Shown here: positions 24,361-33,776 of the stretch, piece by piece
Position numbering within the stretch: position 1 is the first letter of the stretch
Layout: the number at the start of each line of letters is the position of its first letter
NCBI GenBank assembly: GCA_004022145.1
Contig: RCNU01000012.1
Origin: Paecilomyces variotii
Taxonomy: Eukaryota
Direction: 5' to 3' (one strand)
Length of the DNA: 64,000 nt
Position numbers and translations under genes: made by a program
The notes under the pieces: model-generated
The model's input: the letters and a program-made list of their open reading frames with translations, nothing else
Database searches by the model: none
Told to the model about the DNA's origin: nothing

Positions 24361-26812
24361 ATGGGCCCGAAACAGAAAGGAGGAGGCTCATCCAAGAGCA
24401 ATTCGAGAAGTACTGGGGAGGAGGTGGAGGAATCGCTGCAGGCCGTTGTACGTTCTAGTTATCTCTTGATCTACGGATGACTCACTTGCAATGCGGGGCC
24501 GCTTTGGCTTTTTATTTATAAAGGACGAGTTGGTTAATCATATTGGAATGGCGACAGATCCTAGCCGATACGTTCGAAACGAGATTCCAGCCGTTCACAT
24601 TGGACACTCCTAGGGTACGTCTTTGCTGCTATTTGGAAGGGTGCTGCTATAATCCGAGAGGAAGGAGAGATCGGTTGTGAATATGGAGTCATCCTGATAA
24701 TTGAGAATCAGTGTCTGCTACCGCTCGCCAACACCCCGCTTATAGAGTACACTTTGGAGTTCCTCGCAAATGCTGGAGTCGAGGAGGTTTTCCTGTACGG
24801 AGGAGCGCATTCGGATAAGCTGGAGAAGTATCTCAAGTAGGTCGATCTGCAGGTTGGCGTGTGTCCATGTTGCACAGAGGCTGACGGCGCGCTTAGTGCT
24901 TCGAAATGGAGAGCTCCCTCTTCACCATTCAAGAAGTTGACCTTCCTCAAATCGACGTCAACGTCCGTCGGAGACGTTATGCGCGACCTGGACGGCAAGC
25001 ATCTCATCACCGGTGATTTTATTGTTGTTAGCGGAGATGTTATCAGCAACCTTCCCATTGAAGGTGCATTGGCTAAACATCGGGCACGTCGTGAGGCGGA
25101 CAAGAATGCTATCATGACTATGGTTCTTCGTGAAGCGGGCAGGAACCACAGGACCAAGGCTTCGACGATATCTCCTGTCTTCGTTATCGACCCGACAAAG
25201 GACCGGTGTCTGCATTACGAAGAGATCCAGCAACATTCAGAATCAGCCCCGTCGTACCTCACCATCGATTCGGAGATTCTGACGTCACATGCTGAAATTG
25301 ATATCCGTCAGGACCTGATCGACTGCAGCATTGATATCTGCACGCCAGACGTTCTGAGCCTGTGGTCGGACAGTTTCGACTATCAGATGCCCCGAAAGCA
25401 CTTCCTCTATGGTGTGCTGAAAGACTACGAGCTGAATGGAAAGACGATACACACCCACATTATCAAGGACCACTATGCAGCACGAGTACGGAACCTGAAG
25501 GCCTACGATGCTATCAGTAAGGATGTTGTTTCGAGATGGACATATCCGTTGTGCCCGGATACGAATCTCCTTCCGGGGCACACGTATGAGCTGAGAAGGG
25601 GGAACCTTTACCAGGAGCAAGGTGTCACGCTAGCCCGGTCCTGTGTGATCGGCCGTCGAACAGTCATCGGACAGGGTACCCGCATCGGAGACAGAACTTC
25701 TGTCAGTAACACGGTTCTGGGCAGGAATTGCAAGATTGGGAAGGATGTTATCCTCGACGGCGCGTATCTCTGGGACGGAGTTGTTGTTGGCGATGGCACA
25801 GAGATTCGCCAGGCTATTATAGCTGATGGAGCAACAGTGGGTAACAAGTGTAAGGTTGAGCAGGGCTCCTTGCTGTCATATGGGGTAAAGATTGCGGATG
25901 GCACTATTGTGCCTCAAGGAACACGGATCACGCGAGCGCAGAAGGCACCCGGAGCCTCGATTACGAATGATCCGAAGATTGTCGGCGACGGAGGAGAAGG
26001 CTACGAGTTTATTCATAGTGACGATGAAGATGACGAAGATGACGATGCTAGTGTGGCTTCGTCAGGACTCAGTATGAGAAATGCCTCTCTAGATATTCTG
26101 TTTTCGAAATTGCTAATGTTTTTCTACAGTCTACAATATGGCAAACCTTTCCTTGTCCCGAGAATCAATCTCGACGTTCTCTTCTGAGATGTCAGATTTC
26201 GTGGGCGCATCGCGGTCCGGCAGCTTTGGTACATCCTACTCGGACGAGGAGCGTGAAGATCACTTCCAGCATGATGCCTCTACCAGTGTCTACGATGGTC
26301 TGCGTGACGGCGTCACTGCAGATGTTGTACAGCTCGAGCTTGTCAGTCTGCGTATGAGTGCCAACGCATCTGAGCACCAGGTGCGACGAGCTGTGGTATC
26401 TGCTTTCATGAAGCGCATTCAACAGCTCATGGAAGAGGGCAAAGGTGCCGGTGACGCCGTCAAGGACGTTTTTACTAAGTACAAGGAGATTGTGGAACGC
26501 ATAATCTTCGACAAGGACAGCGACAAGAAGCCGGATCAGGTCGACCTGCTCCTGCTGATCCAGCAGGACCTTGTGCACCGTAACCGCGGTGAAACGGTGC
26601 TTCTGTTCACCTCCAAAGAGCTATACGATCTCGAAATCGTGGAGGAAGAAGCCTTTGAAGAATGGTGGGAGGATGAACGCTCCCAAAGCAGCGAAGAGCT
26701 CCGGAAGGTTCGTGCGCAGACGCAGCAGTTTGTTGACTGGCTGGCGAACGCATCAGAGGACGAGAGCGACGAGGAAGAAGACGAGGACGAGGAAGAGAGT
26801 GATGAGGAATGA
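24361..26812 (+). CDS. gcd6: Translation initiation factor eIF2B epsilon subunit
   Basis: LQAVILADTFETRFQPFTL..PRCLLPLANTPLIEYTLEFL, a hexapeptide beta-helix, and a C-terminal W2/HEAT domain (LYDLEIVEEEAFEEWW...FVDWLANA) with an acidic tail. Confidence 0.95.
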
Positions 26813-27775
26813 TTGAGATGATCAAAAATAATGGAATATATTCAGGGATGCCTCATGTGTACGCAATATGTAGACCCGCGGAGATAGCATCTGCGGAATA
26901 CTAGCCAAAATAAAAGCACATATACCCGTGTTAGAATGATAGACTCAATTGTTTTCCACGAGCAAATGGGTAGAGTTTCAAAAAGTTCTACGTCTACATT
27001 TAATGGAGTAATACAGATGTGTAGAAAAAATCCGAAACAAAACCAACACCCCCCAAAGTTATACTATAGAAGCCAAAAAGCCGAACGACAAGCCGAACAA
27101 AATACCGGATAAACATTTCTCAAAACCAAACACTAAAGAGTAACTAGGTTAAATCAGAGTTACACCATGCGAAAATCCCCCCGATCCCCATCTCCAATAG
27201 AAGTTGCTGACTGTTCGGGGAATATGCGTTCTCATGTTCGGATATCCCGAGCCAAGTGACGTGTTTCTTTCCCCCGGGCTGTCGGATCACGGCAAATACT
27301 ATCGTCAGCATCGTCGTCCCCGAATCCCAGAGGGGACGGAAACGGGCGGAATGAAGATCAGGAGATGATGCTTTTGCTTTTTGTGGAGCTTGTAATCAAG
27401 AAAGATCGATGGTTTCTGTATGACTGGTTTGTTGTTTTGAGGGCTTTACTTGTCCCCATCTTTCATGCTTAATTTGATTGGATAGGTAAGTTATGTCATG
27501 AAAAGAAAATATTAAATAGGAAAGGTATATTCTAACTAGTTACCGTGGGAATGGATCTGGAGATAATCAAAGGAAACAGGGATATATAAAGCTGAGGATC
27601 TGGCAAGGGGTGTCTGGTAGATCTAGAATCTAACATGTACAACGATCGTATAGCGGTTTTACATCACTGAATATCATATTACCGGTCAAACGAAACCTCA
27701 GCTCTCTCTACCTACCCGATAGTCCTCTTCAAGTGAGAGGAACAAGAAAATCATCAATCATCACTACCGCCCATC

Positions 27776-28813
27776 ATGCTAGGCAAAGTCGCGATCGAGG
27801 AGGCAATCAATCCTCCATCCGAACTGCACAAGCAAGCAGGGATGATCTCGCGTGACATCCATCCGGACCACGAAGACGAGTATCGAAAACAAGTAACCAG
27901 CATCGAGGACCGCGAGAGACGCGCTGCTCGAACCGGCGTCGGATACACGATCAATTCACACGTCTCGCCCGGCATCCAAGCCGAACGCGATCCAGCCGTC
28001 GCAGAGAAACTAGCCGTGGAAATCAACGATTGGATGTACAACCAGATCAAAGATCGGCGCGACACACAAGGAGCATTCGCAGCGCTATCGATGCATGATC
28101 CTGCGAATGCAGCAAAGGAGCTCCGTCGCTGCGTCACGCAGTACGGATTCCACGGGGCGTTGCTTAATAACTGGCAATTAGCAAATAACCCCGATGGAAG
28201 CATCAAGTTCCTCTTCTACGACCAGCCTGAATACGATATCTTCTGGGAAACACTCCAGGAGCTCGACGTACCTCTATACCTGCACCCAGCACCGCCCGCG
28301 GGACCTCTGCATGATATTCAATATGCCCAACGTCCGTATCTGATGGGGCCGCCGGCATCATTCAGTAACGATGTCAGTCTACATTTACTCGGTATGGTGA
28401 GCAATGGCGTCTTCGACCGCTTCCCCAAAGTTCAAGTAATCCTCGGCCATCTGGGGGAGCGAATCGTCTTCGACACATGGCGCATCAACCACTGGCTTGA
28501 AGACGTGAAGAAGCCGCGTGGTCTGAATAAGACCTGCAAGAAGACCATCAGACAGTACTTCCGGGATAACATCTGGGTGTCTACCTCGGGAAATTTCTCC
28601 ACTACATCGCTACAGTATGTGATAAGTATCGTTGGTGCGGATAGGGTTCTTTTTGCGGTGGATTATCCACAGGAAGCGTATGAGGATGCGTGTGGGTGGT
28701 TTGATAATGCGGAGATTAATCTGAGTGATAAGTTGAAGATTGGGAAAGAGAATGCGAAGAGGCTTTTTAGGTTGGGGAAGTATAGGGATTCGGAATCAGG
28801 TTGTGATTTTTAA
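27776..28813 (+). CDS. Amidohydrolase-2 family non-oxidative aromatic acid decarboxylase (2,3-dihydroxybenzoate/gamma-resorcylate/salicylate decarboxylase-like), intronless
   Basis: MLGKVAIEEA, FAALSMHDP..AA.ELRRCV..YGFHGAL, LDVPLYLHP, GVFDRFPK..ILGHLGE, WRINHW, STSGNFST, DRVLFAVDYP. TATATAAA at 27583-27590. Confidence 0.9.
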   Translation: MLGKVAIEEAINPPSELHKQAGMISRDIHPDHEDEYRKQVTSIEDRERRAARTGVGYTINSHVSPGIQAERDPAVAEKLAVEINDWMYNQIKDRRDTQGAFAALSMHDPANAAKELRRCVTQYGFHGALLNNWQLANNPDGSIKFLFYDQPEYDIFWETLQELDVPLYLHPAPPAGPLHDIQYAQRPYLMGPPASFSNDVSLHLLGMVSNGVFDRFPKVQVILGHLGERIVFDTWRINHWLEDVKKPRGLNKTCKKTIRQYFRDNIWVSTSGNFSTTSLQYVISIVGADRVLFAVDYPQEAYEDACGWFDNAEINLSDKLKIGKENAKRLFRLGKYRDSESGCDF

Positions 28814-29466
28814 TTAAGACACGTTTGATGGATGGGGATGTGTATGTACATACTAAGCATTGAGGGAGGTTTGGAACATGAGATGGGATCTTTAGATGGT
28901 ATAGAAATAGAACTGCTTCTCAATTTAGAGGAATGAAGATATACGTAGAAACGGAGCTCTGTTATTGACTATATGGATATTACGACTGTTTCTTTTGCGC
29001 AGCAGCTTAAGAGGAAAGCTACCTTGCGCATTTTCGTTTGAATGTGATATATGGCGTGAAGCCATAGCTGAGATTTTTTCTATTCTTATGGTAAGAGCTA
29101 TGGATGAGAATTGCGGAATCAGAGGCATCGATAACCATAGCCAGGCTTTCCCTGCAACCGCCTCCATATCTGATCATTTTAAGCCTGCTGGAGTTTGTCA
29201 AGGTGATACTCACCATTATCCGGGAAGAATAGACGGATACCCAGTCACGAGCTGATTCCTTTGCATGAGAGTCTGATGCCAATGTTTGATTCGCCAATGT
29301 GTTATGGAGGGATGGAATTTCTCATTAAATTTAATAGGTATACTGCGATTAGCAATTGAATAGTCGCCAACAAAGGAAGGTTATCTTCATATCTCTATCA
29401 GTCCCGACAAATAAATCTTTGGGGCACTACTATAGTAATGCATTACAGCTCCCCCGTCTCAATACT

Positions 29467-30903
29467 TTAGTCCTTGGTGATCGTGTCAAGGCCTAGTGCG
29501 ATCCGACACTCCTCCAAACTATTCCTTTCCATTTCTTCATACAGCAGAAACTCGTCCGATACGGTCGTTCCTAAATTCCGTTCAAAATTCTCTCGATCCG
29601 GTTTCCCTTGCCGCATAGCTGTTTCCCTCGTGTCCTTCTTCAGGTTGGATGTAAATATTCCGGCAGCGGAGACTGGTAGGAAGTCCTCGTAAGTGATGGG
29701 ATCAAAATCTAGGAGACGGTCTCTTATGAGTTCCGATACGCTCCTTGGGCTGCTATCTGCGTCTTTGGCATGACCTGATCGTTCCTCTCCTCTTGAGGTA
29801 AGTTTATATCGAACGAAAATAAGCCCCTCCGACCTGAGCTGAAGCCAGTTATCTGGGTAATTCTGGAACGAGCTTCTCAGGGCTCCATCAAAGCCATCTG
29901 AATCATTCTGTGCTTGCCGATACGCTTCAGAAAGAAGCTTGTCATAAAGCTCTCGTCCCTTGCGTGTGACTGCAGCTCCGCGCTGTTCAATCTCGCCGAA
30001 TCTGGCAGTGTGACTCCCATCGATCCAGGAGCTCTGTTGGTCAGAATAGAAACGGACACGCTCTTCCAGAGCTTTGAAGCTAGTCTGCCGCAGAAGGATC
30101 TCACACGTTCGCGGTGGAGGACCCTCGATCCGCTCTTTACTAGGAATTCCCCTTTCCACCATGGTCTTTTGGACGAGATCGATGTCCAGAGTCCGTGGCG
30201 TCAGATGATTAATGTGTGCACTCGGAAAAGAAGCGATGTCTGCAACTATTGGATGTTCTGCTTTCAACCGGTTGTATTCATCAATAGTGACTGTTGCAGC
30301 GGAGTGCCATTTGAAGGTCTTCAGCGCCTCGGAGAGCAGTTCGTCTGTCTCAGCTGCTGCGAGCCCATGGTTCCTCTCTGCCGTTTCGATGAGTTCAAGC
30401 AGGCGATCTGTGAAGAGTTTCCGTCTTGATAAAATGCCCCCAACCAGATTTCTGATTTCCTCCGACAAAAGGTCTTGTCTAAGAAGAGTGGTAAAAACAC
30501 GGAAGGGATGCTTGTTCAGAGCTGCAGTCTCCACTGGTCGAAAAGCAGTAGCATGGAGTGGAAATCCAACGACCGTAAGGTCATAATAACCCACAGGGTA
30601 CATCCCAAAGATTGCAAAAAGACGTCTAATGGTGGTAAGCTCGTATGGCGTGCCTAATCGAATCGCTCCATGTCTCTCCACTCGATGTCTCGGTGGCAGC
30701 TCGTACGGGGCCTCCGCGAGCGACGAACTTGCTCCATTTAGATGTGCTAATCGGTCTGAAACGACATTATCGTCGACCTCGTTGACAATTTCGATCAAAT
30801 CTGCGTAGAGAGGAACTTCCTGTTTGTACATGTCCGATAACGCGAGACAGAAACGAGCCCTGAGAGCATCGCGGTCCCAACTAGACGCCTGCGCATCTGC
30901 CAT
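29467..30903 (-). CDS. hglS: DUF1338 / YdcJ-type 2-oxoadipate dioxygenase-decarboxylase (hydroxyglutarate synthase, HglS-like), intronless
   Basis: LSDMYKQEVPLY, ERHGAIRLGT, YYDL...G.P.HATAFRP, PFRVFTTLLR, HINHLTPRTLDI, IEGPP.R...LLRQTSFKALEE, HTARFGEIEQRG, PITYEDFLPVSAAGIF.SNL are signature blocks of the proteobacterial YdcJ/HglS family. Confidence 0.9.
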   Translation of the reverse strand: MADAQASSWDRDALRARFCLALSDMYKQEVPLYADLIEIVNEVDDNVVSDRLAHLNGASSSLAEAPYELPPRHRVERHGAIRLGTPYELTTIRRLFAIFGMYPVGYYDLTVVGFPLHATAFRPVETAALNKHPFRVFTTLLRQDLLSEEIRNLVGGILSRRKLFTDRLLELIETAERNHGLAAAETDELLSEALKTFKWHSAATVTIDEYNRLKAEHPIVADIASFPSAHINHLTPRTLDIDLVQKTMVERGIPSKERIEGPPPRTCEILLRQTSFKALEERVRFYSDQQSSWIDGSHTARFGEIEQRGAAVTRKGRELYDKLLSEAYRQAQNDSDGFDGALRSSFQNYPDNWLQLRSEGLIFVRYKLTSRGEERSGHAKDADSSPRSVSELIRDRLLDFDPITYEDFLPVSAAGIFTSNLKKDTRETAMRQGKPDRENFERNLGTTVSDEFLLYEEMERNSLEECRIALGLDTITKD

Positions 30904-31110
30904 TATGTGTCAAAGCATGTTAGATCGTTGAATGAATGATGGCAAGTTTCTCACAAGCACCCGCTCATTTATATTCAAATGACAGCCCGAGAGTAGCCGT
31001 CCTGGTTATCCGATAAGGATGACATGGCGATGCACATCCCCGCTCGCTCCAATCGGATACAGGGATAAAACATGCAGTGTGTCATGCCTTCTTCCGAAAG
31101 TCCTGGGTGA

Positions 31111-31200
31111 TCCGACGGATCAAAGAGATGGCGTCGGATTGTCTAATTTTAGGCGATACATTGTTACTCCGGCGGATGAAGATAGGAACGATCCGATGGA
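31111..31200. promoter_or_regulatory. Three TCCRNYGGA palindromic elements (Zn2Cys6-type; identical to the yeast Lys14 UAS-LYS core) upstream of the hglS-like gene
   Basis: TCCGACGGA 31111-31119, TCCGGCGGA 31168-31176, TCCGATGGA 31192-31200. Minus-strand TATAAA at 30968-30973. Confidence 0.65.
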
Positions 31201-31509
31201 AGCAATCACCGGGCTAGCTAGTGTCAGTCGACACCTGCACGGCAGCCCTTCGGCATATTTCTTGAGGTTACAAGTTAATATATTCCTATCAGTGTTTGCC
31301 TATTGTCAGGATAGTTGACTTCCGTCTGAGCTTACTATCTGTATGCCTTGTCCCTCCAACGCTCCTTTACGTATGGTGGTGCGTATGCTCAACCAACCTC
31401 AGTCAACGACTATACAGGATGGCGTCATATTACAATGACAATAAATCCAAGCAACATGTATATTACCACCGATAGTATATGAAATAATTGTACAACCTAG
31501 AACTTCGTT

Positions 31510-31960
31510 CTATTTCTTCACTTCCCGATCTTCATGCCAATGCAAATCCTTCCCGACGAACCGCCATTTCCATGTACAGTAATTACTTTGTCCGAGCTGT
31601 TGTCCCAGATATAAAATGGTACCATGCTTGAGAACATCGACGCTAATATGGCAGCAAGGATGCCAAAAACAGTCACATAACCTGGCTCTTGGATCCAAGA
31701 GTTCGTGCAAAAGCTGAGAAGGAACCCGAATCTGGCTTCGACTAAGATAAGTATGTGCTAGTCTCCATAAAACAAGGTCGAGGACGTTACCTTCGAAAGC
31801 AGCCTGCATTACCACCGCCTCACCTGCAATAGGTCTGTAGGAGTCGAGAATGTGAACCAGACCGATATTGTTCGACTTCACTGCGGTGAAATTGACTGAT
31901 TTGTCGTCGGTAGTATAATGTATGCGAATCGCACCTCTATGTCCGACCGATACCCGATGA
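31510..31960 (-). pseudogene. Degenerate 3' remnant of a fungal MFS (DHA1/HOL1-like) transporter
   Basis: Minus strand reads NF...SNNIGLVHILDSYRPIAGEAVVMQAAFE, then intron 31790-31742, then ARFGFLLSFCTNSWIQEPGYVTVFGILAAI...PFYIW. After a 1-nt frameshift near 31605 it continues ...TWKWRFVGKDLHWHEDREV*. No intact 5' part was found. Confidence 0.7.
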
Positions 31961-33776
31961 CATACCGCGAGAAGGAGCACCTTATGGCATGATTTATGGA
32001 CTCGATATGATTAAGATCTACTTATGACCACTGTAGTGATTTCATTGTTTAATATTGAGAAACCAAGACGGTCTCAAGACAAGGGTGTTATCTCATAAGA
32101 TATGAAACTAGAAAGGACATCACAAGAATGTTTAGAAGGCGTCTTGAAAGAAAGATGGAGATTCCAGATAGTTGACTGTCCTTTCTATGCGCACGTAGTT
32201 CATTGTTGGCTTTCTCTAGTATAGAACAATCCCCGTCAGGTAAAATTACCCCGCATAGATAGAGAGCCGAGGATTTGCAGGTAGTCGTGCCTGCAGCCTG
32301 CAGTCGCGTTCCACTCCTCTTCTGCATGTTTATCCATTTTAGGAATTGCTAAGTTGCTAATAAATACTCTGTAGATAAATACGTTACTCTGGTTGACCAT
32401 CTGGGCATTCTAAGACTTTGATACTCATTGGGGCTGCTAAAGTTAGTTCAGGGTAAGGAATGGTGTTAGGGCCAACCCGTCTGAAGTCTGCTGGCGTTGA
32501 CGGTACTTATACGCAGAGTCCCTTTGTATGCTTCTTTGAAACGAGTATTATAGCTAGTCCTGCTAGGCCATTCTTTCTTCGACTGCAATATGGGTTGTCC
32601 AGTAATAATATATAATATATGATATGAATATACGCAAATAAGGCTGACAGACGGTAACAATACAGTAACTAATAATACCACTCGGTCACCCGCGCCTGTC
32701 ACGCTCTCTCTCCGCCACTGACATCTTCTTCCACAACCTTCAGCTTTCTGGCTGACAGAACTACTCTACTCTGCCATACCGATCTCATCCTCTTATGAGT
32801 GTACGTCCCCTCATATCTACTGTGAGCATCCTATCCTTCAAGTCAAGCCACTGTCTCTGTCCTGATGGTATTTATCTGAGTCGGTTTCTCTGCCTACTGA
32901 CATCATCCAGCGACAGGCACCGGCTAACTAACCACTGGCTCTCTCCCGTACCCGGTGCACTTGTCCCACTATCGTCTAAGAGCCGTCGTTCTCTCACTTA
33001 CCGCTCCACATCTCCTGCCTATCATCAGAAGGCGAACTCAGGCGGTAGAATTCCGGAATTCAGGAGTCACCATCGATGGTCGTTCCTCTCGTTCGCGACG
33101 CCCTTCGTTGCCCTCGTTCTTCTTAAGAGTATTTATCAGCCGTCTCGGCCCGCCTCCCGAAGTCTCCAGAAGACCTGACCTAATCTTACCAATCTCGATC
33201 CGCTTTAGGCCAAAGTTTGACGCAGTGCAGACCTTAGTTTAGAAGTGGCGGGACTTGCCTGGACGATCGATCACTTAGGTGCCTCCGCTATCGTGAACGT
33301 CAACCAACACCTATTCCCCTGATAGAAACGGCGAGTAGGAGCCTCCCCAGTGAGCTTTACTCGTCCTCCGGACCTCTTATTCCAGACCGGGATCATCCTT
33401 GGTGAGCTGTGACTTGTGTGTTGCTTGGGGGAAAGAAGGTCTCGACATCCGTCTCGAGGTCTTCCTTTTCCGATTCAGCACATATCGGCCATCTTGCCAC
33501 GGTCCCCCAACAGCCGTCACCACGCCTCCCCAAACGAGGAAGAGGAAGGCGCTCGAGGCGGCGATCGAGGAGAACGAGGTCAGCGCCGCCGCCCCTACTG
33601 CGGAGGCATCACGAAACACTGCGGGGCAGCGGTCGTCTAGCAAGCTACGTCGCACAAGCAACGCGGAGGACAAGGATAAGGGATCGATTTCCACAGCGGG
33701 TTCAGGGGACAACTTCCCGGTCTCACTGAGGCAGAGGGTGTCGGATCTTGCCACGCCCGCAACCACCGCCGGCAGC

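Noticed and set aside
31510-31980. 156-aa ORF as an intact gene
   Set aside because: It reads through an intron and mixes frames of a decayed MFS gene, so it is annotated as a pseudogene instead.
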